Shown here: positions 22,676-33,383 of the stretch, in pieces
Position numbering within the stretch: position 1 is the stretch's first letter
How the letters are laid out: every line of letters starts with the position of its first letter
The notes under the pieces: model-generated
Databases searched by the model: none
Told to the model about the DNA's origin: nothing
Seen by the model: only the letters and a program-made list of their open reading frames with translations
From: Phoronis australis
Taxonomy: Eukaryota; Animalia; Phoronida
Length of the DNA: 45,401 nt
Reading direction: 5' to 3'
Assembly: GCA_002633005.1 (NCBI GenBank)
Contig: NMRA01000911.1
Coordinates: forward strand, 56,345-101,745
Position numbers and translations under genes: made by a program

Positions 22676-23815
22676 CTGAAAAATTAAGGCAAAACATCTC
22701 AACAGGAGGAAGATTATGGTTCATCCGGTGACATGAATTGACATTTAGAAAACTTTCTTGCACTTGATTTCTCAGCAACACACACGCAATGCAAATGCTC
22801 CATTCGCGATTACCTAGAGGAACCAGCTTTCATATATGCGCTTTGAAGTCCTGACACTGACTTTAGGTACATCCATGAAGACTGATCCCTGGGACTCGAT
22901 TCTATGGCCGCGTATGAAGCTTTTTCAATGCACATGCAGAGATACGTATAAACGGTCTGGGATTTGTAACAAGTTTGGTTTGTGCTGGTCTATGACTGGA
23001 GTTTAAGTGGGTTGTAAATGTACTCCAAAGGTGTAGTCATGGACTTATTTCCACCCCTTGTTTACATGCCTAAGGATTATCGCCTTTCATACACGTGACC
23101 TGCTTTAGCTCTGAGTTGGCAGGTTTTATTGTGGCTGCGAAAGACAAAATTAAACCAGCCAAACACAAAGCTAAATGTATTATAAACAGAGGAGAGACCA
23201 GTGGCTGATGTAGGATACCATAAGGGGGGCAACATGTTGCCCCGGTAAATTGGAGAAGGTGTGATTGGTAATTTCATGTGCCCAGGCTGCCCGAAAGGTG
23301 AGGGAGCCTGCGGACGTGCACCTTCCGTTGACGAAAATCTTTCGTTCGACTACAAAAAAATTTAAAAAACGAAGCAGCCACTCCGCGGCAACATGGACGT
23401 TCACCCACTACCGGTCTTACTTCCTGACTCCATATTTCCTCACGCTTCGCAATGATGCTCTTTCGTTTTGCTTACGGTAGCTAAAGGAGGGGGGGGCTAA
23501 ATCCGCCTATGCAGACAAACTTACCACAAGGAAACAGATAATATTTGGTCACAGCTTGGGAGTGGAAATTGTTCACTGGCTATGCATCCATATGTCAGCT
23601 ACAACATCATAAACCCACGTCCAAACTGAATGGACTAATTCTACTCCCACACCCCTAAACTCCACACTCCATCAAACTCCAACTGGAGTTATGCAGGCAG
23701 GAGATGAATTCAGAGCCGCGTCTAGTGATTGGCTGGTTCTCCAAGTCAGGGTCCATTAGATCCGAGTACAGCCTATTTTTGGTTAATTTAGAAGGCAGAA
23801 TTAAACAATGCATAC

Positions 23816-24134
23816 CTAATCCAATGGGCAGGATCACATTTCTCTCAATTCTTATCTCCTCCAAGATAGGAAAAATTTACAGTGCGACAACCTCTCGGAG
23901 CTTTAGGACGCCTGTTCTTCTTTCCTCCATGATCTGGGTAGGCACAGCAGCCGAACCCTCGTCAAATCCAGCTCTGTTCAACAGAAGTTTCCACTCCGTT
24001 GTGTCCTCGAATATGTTTATGTACCGCAGATATTTGGAAACATCTCTGTCACAGCTGATAACACTCGTCAGATTCTTTTCATCCCCGACTTCAGAACCCT
24101 TTACTGTGGATTTTGAAGAGAATGAACAACACAT
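23816..24134 (-). pseudogene. Sola3-like transposase N-terminal exon (Cys/His domain)
   Basis: MCCSF..ISCDRDVSKYLRYINIFEDTTEWKLLLNRAGF..CAYPDHGGKKNRRPK..RTVNF..EEIRIERNVILPIGL, ending at phase-1 donor G|GTATG. Confidence 0.7.
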
Positions 24135-24511
24135 GCCCACAAAGGATTGCCATTCTTGTGTCTTCCTTCTCCTGTATTCTCAAAATTAAAATTCTTGTTG
24201 TAAGTTCAGTTAAACATTTTGTGTTTCATTCAAAAATAATTTTATTCAATATATTATTCATTATGAGGAATTATAGAGAGGGACCAATTGTAATTTTGTG
24301 CCCTTTTTCTATTCGAATACGCAATTTGATGAGTTTCGGTATGTCACGTGACATCAACCTTCACTGATAATTGCCAAGGCAATTATGCGAAAGTGCCTAC
24401 GAATAAAGTCGGATTGTCAAAAAAGGGTGAATTATCCCAAAGTTCAAATAGTATTACGGAGAATAAAAAAGGTTTTTCTTCACTAATACACCAATTTTTA
24501 ATATAATTTGG

Positions 24512-24512
24512 N
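24512..24512. other. Single N: assembly ambiguity or gap of unknown size
   Basis: N followed immediately by ctggatccgcccc, the right end of a hAT-type MITE whose left part is absent. Confidence 0.9.
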
Positions 24513-24599
24513 CTGGATCCGCCCCAGAGTTTAGTATGTAATAATTCTGATGGGTATTCAATGGTACTCGGTGCTTACCATCAGTCAGACTAAAAAAAA

Positions 24600-27535
24600 T
24601 CAGCGAATAATCATAAGACAATGCATGTGCAGGAAAATGAAAATAAAATACATTTAGACTTCACATGGGTAAACTTGGGTTATTCCGCAAAAACATTAGG
24701 AACAAAGTTGACAAATATTTAAAAACTGTCCTGATCATTTTATTATGTTAGACATAGAGACCCAGCAAATCAGGTTATTCTGTACTTATGTAGCAAAATG
24801 ATAGTAACATAGCCAAACATTAAGCAAGTACCAAAGGTTGAGAGAATAGTATTACTATAGAGGCTGATATAGGACACAGTCAAATGACACGACATAAATC
24901 AAGTAAATAGAAAAGAGCAAATGTGGTCACGTGTACAAAATGCAAGCAAATTAGGTGTACATTAAGACATCTTTAGTAAGCACAGATGACACGCCATGAA
25001 TTGGAAATAGCATTTTGTCTGACTACTTCTGACATACAGCACTTCAAATGTCTCTGTGTCTTGTATACATGAAATGCACCACTGCGGCAATTCCATTGAC
25101 TCAGCAATCATTTGTCGCAATTCAAATCAACAATCTTCCTCAGCAATACTTTTCATTTCTAAGGCATCAAAGTGCGCGAGTTTCCCAGAACCACTGAGTG
25201 CCGCTAAACGTGAAAAAATTAATCTGCTGAGGTGAGAGACATTCTTCAGAACATTACTATGACCAGGAGCAATACATTCATGGGTTACAGATAATGCTTT
25301 GCTGACTTTTGTTTGTAATATCGCTAGAACCTTTCAGCAAATTCATCGATGTCAGTTACAATGTAGAAGCTGGGTCCTAACAGGGTTGACTTTTCCATCA
25401 GATGCAGCAGTGAGAAACTGATTCGACTTATGGATCTTTGGCAAATGCGTGGGCATCCAGAATGATGGTTGGCCCCCCTTCTTCTCCACTTGAAACTTTT
25501 GCCTGTAAATAATACAAACAAATTCACCTTAATCCGTAAACACGAGAATTATATTTTCCATAAACAGCCTTTCCACAAAGAATTTATTTTCACCATTCAA
25601 AATGGCTTGGTAAGATGGTCACTCACATACGCTTGCAATACTCATTGTGTGCAAGCAGCACTCAAAAACAAAAGGTGTCATCAATAGAATTCACTACTCA
25701 AACCCATAAGTTTTAACATATAGCATTGCAGCAGCTTCGAAAAGCCATAAAGTTAAGATAAGATCCAACACTCTTCATGCCAAGATGCTGATTGAGAAAA
25801 TTTTATGTTTTACATGATTTTCAGGCTAAAAGGAATGCAATGAATCTCCAATATTTTTAGCTAAATGCGCTTTTCAAACTTTTCCCCAGTGGTCACTAAC
25901 CCAATCCGGAGCAACTTTGTAAACTACTATAAAAATCTTGTTGTGACATACTTGGAGTACCTAACATTTCATTACAAGCAGTCTTCCTCTCAGAGGAATT
26001 TTCGAATGTTGACATGTGTGGTGAAAAATCTGACTCAGAAATTTACAGACTGTCCCCTCTGAACATAGTTCCTCACCATAAAGATGGTCTATTAACGCTT
26101 TCCATTGACTCACAAGCTCTGGCCCAAACTCACAAAACATAACTTATGCACCCCAAAATCACAGTTCATGGAGCCAAATTCACTTTGACTGAGAGACACG
26201 GATCACAGATAGTAAATGCAACATACATACAAAGTGTCTTGTGTGCAAATACAAGGACAGTGTTACAGTCCATCAGTAATGTTTCTTAGTAGATGAGTTT
26301 GTGAGCCAGTCGCCAGTTTTTGAGTCAATGTGCAGTTTACAAGCCCACGAGCCCTGTTTATATCTGAGTCAATGTGCAGTTTACAGGCCCACGAGCCCTG
26401 TTTATATTTGAATCAATGTGCACTTTAGAAGCCCACGAGCACTGTTTATGTTTGAGGCAATGTGCGAACCTTGTAGTTAGCTACTCCTGTAACTATGGAC
26501 AACTTGGGCAGTAAAACTTCCGAGACGCAAATTGCACTGAATGCATGGCAATTTTATTTGTCTGCGATGTTTATAAGCAACCACTGTATACAATTTAAAT
26601 AAAAATCTTCTACCACAACTACATCAAATGGTTTTGTGTAACAATACACCAACTGATTAACTAACTAATTTTAAAATTTGAATTGCTTCCTGGCGAGAGT
26701 CAGAATCTTGAGAAAGCAAAGACTATAATTAATTCATTATCAACAGGTATAGAACATTGATGACCTGCACCTGCCTAACAACTTACCTGACTCAACTGGC
26801 CAACTGGTATCAATTGATACATCCTGTTCTTCCAGAAATTCTTTGTTAATTGCATTTCCACTTACATGTACATTCCAAACTCAACCTTGGGTTTAGAGCC
26901 TTTAATTCTTATGTTGAAAGTGGGCACAGATTTTACTTTTGCTTGGCCTCCAAATGATTGCGTGCTGAGCTCGACGATTTCCACAAACTGTAATTACAAA
27001 CAAGCCCACTCTGACTCTGCCTGGCAAGAATCAGCTGCCAGTTTCACTGACCTCAGCACTGCCACTGAACGGGACTTGGTCGATGACTTAACATATTTCA
27101 AATGGCTTGTTATGGACTTGCTGCAATCAGTTAGTGTTTCAACTGCTTGCTGAGTGGATTAGATATTCCTTTGAAGTTACACAAACCAGATTTGAAGGAT
27201 ATAATGATGCCAACGAACTCACTGTATTAACTACTTCAACCACCTCAAAAACCATTTTTTCTTCAGTGATATCAGAGACACCTGAAGGGCTTTTCATCAA
27301 AATGGCAATTCGCAGTAAAAAACAAAAAACTAGTTTTATTGAATTATATTTGATAAAAAATAAACCCAAAAATTAAACGACCATTTGAGTATTTTTATAG
27401 CTCAAAATTCAACATTTTCAATGACTAGTAGCTATTGTCACAAGGGCTCACTTTGACTGAGGTGGCTGTGATCAATTGCTCGTTACCATAAAAAGATATG
27501 TGTTTGCCTGTGGTTTTGACGCCAAATATCTCTTC
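24600..27535 (-). pseudogene. Copy 2 of the duplicated spliced gene (exon A about 27297-26787, middle exon from about 26537, last exon 25502-24962)
   Basis: Collinear with 3460-6870 with the same splice sites. After cattcag the middle exon reads AICVS. The last exon ends HLSRLIFSRLAALSGSGKLAHFDALEMKSIAEEDC*FELRQMIAESMELPQWCISCIQDTETFEVLYVRSSQTKCYFQFMACHLCLLKMS*. Confidence 0.75.
26321..26465. repeat. 44-bp minisatellite, about 3.3 units
   Basis: tgagtcaatgtgcagtttacaagcccacgagccctgtttatatc units start at 26321, 26365, 26409 and 26453. Confidence 0.92.
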
Positions 27536-27640
27536 AGATAAAATTCATAATTTAGTTTTAAAGTGTAACAATTGGCTTCAGCTGGGCAAGTGTTCCATGT
27601 TTTCTGCTGGTATGACCCCATGACACCTCAAACCCGAAAT

Positions 27641-29105
27641 CCCATACAAAAATATTCAATATTCCTATAGCAATTTCTATTGGATCCTATAGGATTCCTT
27701 TAGGATCAAAATTTCCTATAAGAATTACTAAAGGAATTCCTATAGGATCAAGATTTCCAATAGGAATTCCTATTGGAATAGTGATTTCTTATAGGATTCA
27801 AATTTCACTCTTCTGTGTCATTAATTTCTGTAAATTTTAATATCCAGGCAAGTCTCAATACACGTAAGTTAATTGCTTCGTAGAATCCTATTGAAACATC
27901 CAATAGAATCCTAATGAACTCGCTACTGGATATATTTAAGTCTTATACGAACTCCTATAGGATTTCTTATAGGATATCCTAAAACATTTCCATAGGATTT
28001 CCTATTGGATGCTTTAGGAAACCTTAAAGGATCCAACTGCATTTCTTTTAGGATCAAATAGGAAATCCTATAGGTTCCAATAGGAAATCCTATAGCATCC
28101 AATAGGAAATCCTATAGGTTCCAATAGGAAATCCTATAGCATCCAATAGGAAATCCTATAAGATCCTTATAGGAAATACTTGATAATCCTATAGGAAATC
28201 CTATAGGAAATCCTATAGGATTCATTAAGAAATCTTATAGGATTGCTATTGAACTTCCTATAGGATCTGATTGAACTCATAGAATCCTACTGAATTTCCT
28301 GTAGGTGAAATTCTCTTAAAACATAACATAAAAGGGTAAACTATGTAGATGTCATTATTGCTGTTTCATTTCTGGTGTTGTAAATTATAATGTTGTGTAT
28401 GAACTTCTAAGGAAACGTTTTGATTATGTGTATGGTTTAGTGGCTAAAATGGACAGTTTTTCAACCGGAAAACAGTTATCACTGAAAGGCGATTCAATGA
28501 ACAGTTGTCTTTACAGCACTAAAAACACTCGACATAAGTTTACGGCTTTGACTATCAGAGAACAAACATATAAAAGCCTATAACATTCAGTATTTAAATT
28601 TAAGTTACTTTAACATGTTTTGAAAAAGCAAAAAAGAACATACAGGTCTTTTGTAGCCCCAGTTTAGTGCACCATTTGTAACATACATATATGTAGATAT
28701 CCTGATGTAGACCTTATTTAAGAACAATGACTTTGAGGTTACTTGTGTTCCAGTTGAAAACACTTGTTTTATTGTGTTATGTGTGTATTGAAAATGTCAC
28801 GATGGGAAATCCTAATTCCTATAGGGGATCCTATGGGATATCCTAAAGGTTTCCTATCGTATCCATTAGGAAATCCCCTAGGAAATCCATTTGGATCCAA
28901 TAGGAATGCACTTGGATTTTGGCCCAATATCGAATAGGATTCCTATATGATTCATATAGGACTTCCTATAAGAATCCTATGAGATATTGGGCTAAAATTC
29001 ATATGGATTCCTGTTGAATCCCATAGGATATCCTATAGGAAATCATATTGGAATTCTTATAGGATTTCCCATAGTAGGAAATCCTATGGGAATTTTTCGT
29101 AAGGA
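27641..29105. mobile_element. Non-autonomous EnSpm/CACTA-like element with ATAGGAAATCCTATAG subterminal arrays
   Basis: Left terminus CCCATACAAAAATATTC, right terminus GAATTTTTCGTAAGGA (imperfect inverted). Both are flanked by AT, a candidate 2-bp TSD. Arrays at about 27660-28305 and 28805-29090 surround a plain spacer. Confidence 0.7.
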
Positions 29106-29339
29106 ATGTGGAATTTAAGATGCAACTTGACACTTTTATTTTTCATTTTTACGAAGACAGTGGGTGCTTTTATACAAAACAGGAGCTTTTTCATTTGATA
29201 GTGGCTTCTGTTATTACTTCAATGTCACAGAAATAATTTTTGGGGTAATTTCTGATAGTGGTTTTCCATTATAACTGAGGTACCCAATTTTTAAGCTACC
29301 TAACGCTAACAAAAATGCATAATGGGATCCAAATCCGTC

Positions 29340-30200
29340 AATAGGGTATATCACCCCTGCACGGATTTTTGCCTGGTCTGAAGAGTACTGCACACTTAAA
29401 AGCTCTAAATGAATCACTATCATTTGAAGCAGGTGACATGAGTCTTCTAGATCAAAGACCACTTGTATATTTGTATTGCCGATTGGATGACCAAGGAAAT
29501 GGACAAAGCTATTAACCCTAAGACTTCCAACCTGATTTAATATGTCAATAAAACACAGAGTACAGTGTATGAAAGATAGGTCAATGGAAAACAACACTAG
29601 TTGTCAAAGTGAAAAAAGCAGGCAACAGGGAGTTCCCCAACAAAAAGTCAAAATAGGCGAGCCAACAATGAATCCCTGCCCAATGTGGGCGGGGCTTTCC
29701 CAGAAGGAGTTGACAGACAAAAACCAGTGCAATAAGAAAACGAAAGAAACTTTAAGTGATGGACAAACTGAATAAACAGAAATTGCAAATGACACTGCAG
29801 TGACGTTAAACCAATTGCATTACTCACTGAAATACAGAACTGTGTGAACGAACAAACTGGAGAATGCATTTCCCATGTTCTGCAAAGAAGGATTTAAATA
29901 AACTACAAGGTTATTATATGAACTCACAATTTGTCAAAATAAACAAAAAATAGACTACCTGGAAAGTCAAACTGAATCACGACAGCGTGTAATACTCCAC
30001 GAAAGCCAAAACTGGGTTTAATTTCCTCTCCACTATACACAAATAACTGAATTATCAACTTGTTTAATGAAAACCTTCCCCACAAATGTCCAGCAGCTGG
30101 GAATGAACGTAATTGTTGACCAAGACGAGTCATTTATTGAAAACTTGTGCTGTTTTGGGGGTTACACTCTCGCTTTGACAAATAATGGCAAGTCGGACTA
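29340..30200 (+). pseudogene. Possible remnant of a SAMD3-like / EnSpm accessory ORF
   Basis: Across frameshifts: IADWMTKEMDKAINPKTSNLI..CMKD..GQWKTTLVVKVKK..NKKSK..FPEGVDRQ, resembling the recalled YPCLKD..WKxSLxxKxxNxR..PxGED pattern. Heavily decayed. Confidence 0.3.
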
Positions 30201-31579
30201 AGCATTATTTCCTGCTTGCATTGGACTTAACACTAGCATAGAATGATATAAAGTTCACAATAAGAGGCCTAAATTTTTATTAAGTTGATGAATCAGAGGA
30301 GGGGAGGTACAGATTCTACAAAAGTTAATACAGACAGTGGTAAGAAGTTAACTGGAAATGCAACTACTTTCGAAAATATTTCCGTTGTCTATATATAGAT
30401 TATTACATGGCAAAATCGTTATTCCCCGTAGTATAGAGCCCAAGTATATTTCGGAGAGCTATTGCCCGAGGGGCGTTAGCCCTATGGGCGATAATTATTC
30501 GAAATCCAATTGGGCACATGCAATTATTGCGCGTCTTCATTGAAGTTTCCAATGAGTAATTATTTAACACCGATTTTACAATTATAGATAATATACTGGG
30601 AAACACTTATACAATGTTTTAGTTACATGTTTTGCTGTATAGTCAGGTTCACTGTCCAAATTTTGACATTCGTTGGAATTTTTTGGGGAGAGTGGAAAGT
30701 ATACATAGAAAGACGAATCAGAGAATAATTGATTCCATTTTTGGTGGCCATCTTGGCGGCCATCTTGGATTTTCAAAAATGGCGTCGGTAAAATAGACTT
30801 TGTCCACTATATCCGCCCTGGGGTTACTTAGAATGTTACTTTTTATGGCTACACCTGCAGTTGTGAGATCAATGAATCGGAATTTTTAATTTTATTGGCG
30901 GCCATCTTGACGGCCATCTTGGAATTTCAAAAATGGCGCCCGTAAAATACATTTTGCTCGGTATCTCTGCTCTTGGGTCACTAAGAATGTTAGTTTTAAT
31001 GGCTGCACCCACATTTTGTGGGGTAAGGATTTGAAAAACACTATTTCTAAAATGATACATAAAATCTAAATGATTTTTAATTGCAGCTACGAACCCTCAG
31101 GATATTTAAAGGAAACACAAAAACGTAGATTAACCTTCATTGACAGTGTATATCCAGTATATCTTTTTGCAGACATTTATTTCCACTGTTCACTTTGGAA
31201 TCCAGATCTCTTCTGTTCAATGGTAATGTACTTTGAATGTCAGATGGTAGATAATTTTGGCAGTAACCAGGCTGATCAGGCTGAGGATCAATGACGAGAA
31301 CAACAGGAGCTTATCCTGCTGGGCTAATCGACCAGAAACATGCTACCATCCACTATGAATTCACCCCAACACCAAGAGCAATTTTTGCTGCCAGTGGGGC
31401 AATGCTGCCATGCACAGACAAGTCAAATCGAATCCACCTTCTGCAGAAAATTTTCGAAGCAGACGTCTTAGAACAAGACAGTCCTCAAGTTGCAAGAGAA
31501 GTTTTAGACCCAGAAAACATCCACTGAATGTGATCACCCAAGCCATAAAACTGCACGTGTGGATAGCATGGAAGTAATG

Positions 31580-33142
31580 TTCTTCCTGTTCAACGTGTAC
31601 ACTGCGCGTAAAGCAACCATGAGAAGCGACAGACCAGGGCGAATACTATCTTTTGCGGACGACAGCCTGGCCTACAGGCAGGGACGAGATCGACAAAAGA
31701 TAGCGGATGAATTACAGCAAGATGTGAACAAAATTATGAAGTGGTCTGAGGAATCATCTGCGGTGATCAATCCTCAGAAGGCTGCAGTCCTGTGGTATTC
31801 TTTAAACAATCGGATAGTAACGTCCAACGTCCCAGAGCTCACAGTTCATGAAAAGAATATTCAAAGATGTCAAAAGATGCGATATCTGGGAATAGTTTTT
31901 GATCGGTGTCTTTCCTTCAGGGAGCACATAGATGCGGTTGTTGTAAGGGCAAAGAAGGGATTGAATGCAGTAAAGGTCATGGCAGTTGCAGGAATTGAAC
32001 AGAGGTTACTGCTACTAATGTATCAACAACTGGTTCTGGAGGTCATTGATTATGGGCTCGGGGTATTGACCCTGACAAAAGACCCAAGTATACAAGTTGG
32101 AGAGAGTTAAAATGAGGCAATGCGCATCAAACTTGGCTGCACTAGAGATACACCAGTTATCTGTATGAGATATGTTTTGGGCCTTATGTCATTGGAAAGC
32201 AGTCACAAAGTGGCTCAGGTCAGAGCGCATATAAGAGTAGCAGCTTATAAGCAACATTCACTTCATGCATCCATCGGAACAACCAAGGGCAACCGCCTGA
32301 AACGAGGAGCTTCTTGGATGGGTCAGGCAGAAGACACCATCAAAGATGTCTGTGCACTGGAAACTATACGGCGGGGAGAAGAGTGGATTCAGATGAATGA
32401 GAAACAGCAGGCAGATTTTGGAAAGGTGAAGATCACGTTGAGCGGAGAATGTAGAGAGTGGGCGCAGGGGACGACAGATGCTGAAATAAAACAACTCATT
32501 CAAGACAACTCTCGGCATGGAGATGTAGTTATTTAGACGGATGGATCTGTTAAAAGATTGGAACAATCTGGATGGGGTTAGTCTGTAAATGGCAAACTAG
32601 TGCAGGAACAGCAGGGGGCTTACAATATGACAACTTCCAGCATAACAACTCGGCAAGAACATGTGATCTTTGTTACAAATTCACAGAGTACTCTGAAGAA
32701 AATTGAAAATGGACATTTGAGAACTGAATGGACAGAGCTCCTAACAAAAGCGGCTTTGAAAAAGATCACCTGGATATTTACTCCAGGCCATGCTGGAGTT
32801 AAGGGAAATGAACGTGCTGATGAGCTGGCTAGGAAAGCAAAACCAGAGGGGAAGCTGTGTCCTGATAAACCGGAAATTGTGAATATGGTCAGGGAGAAGC
32901 TGAAGAAAGACCAAGAGGAATCGGAACATTATCATTTAGACCGACTTCGTGAGTTAGGAGTTGGATGGGCTGCTTGTAATAAAATCAGGACTTAGTGGAA
33001 GAAACAGAAGGCTAGTGAATCAGCCACTGATTGGAACTGTCACCATCTACACTCTTCGAGATGTACTTCTTCAGGGGACGGAGTGCTTATGGGGATGTCC
33101 CGTGTGTAGTGATGTCGGTCCTTCACTCAGATGACTCAGATG
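31580..33142 (+). mobile_element. 5'-truncated I-group (Ingi/I/Nimb-like) LINE: RT C-terminus plus RNase H
   Basis: LFNVYT..SFADD..INPQKA..RYLGIVFD..VIDYG..NEAMR..LGCTRDTP, I*TDGSV, WIFTPGHAGVKGNERADELA. The 3' tail is (ACTCAGATG)2 at 33125-33142. The RNase H Glu helix is deleted. Confidence 0.88.
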
Positions 33143-33263
33143 TGACGAGATATTTTCTGGTTTTTGACACCACAACGACAACTTTTTGAAACATGCCACA
33201 AGAGAAAAAATGGCAGAGAAAGCATAACGTGGAATTGCCGTGAGGACTTGACATGAACCTCAG

Positions 33264-33383
33264 TGCCCGGTTGCATGAAACAGTCCCAGAAAAAAGATTG
33301 TGTCTTTGCATAAACAAAGACGGGTAAAAGATTTAGGGAACTCAATTGAGGCCCTATTTGAGACTCTTTCATACAACCCGCCA
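33264..33383. mobile_element. 120-bp PIF/Harbinger-type MITE with CAG target duplication
   Basis: cag|tgcccggttgcatgaaacagtccca ... tgagactctttcatacaacccgcca|cag. Confidence 0.75.

Larger units (their letters stand above)
19679..24190 (-). mobile_element. Internally deleted Sola3-like DNA transposon
   Basis: N- and C-terminal transposase exons are present. Candidate terminus TTAA|GAGCACGTCC at 19675-19688. The opposite TIR is not found and may lie in the gap at 24512. Confidence 0.55.

Noticed and set aside
23704-24189. 161-aa ORF on the plus strand
   Set aside because: Antisense to the Sola3-like N-terminal exon.
26321-26465. CRISPR-like array
   Set aside because: Head-to-tail units without unique spacers, eukaryotic context, no cas genes. 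The same applies to 27660-29090 and 37161-37389.
27535-29105. ATAGGA array as the terminus of an element carrying gene copy 2
   Set aside because: The array has its own two inverted termini and AT flanks, so it is better explained as an independent insertion.
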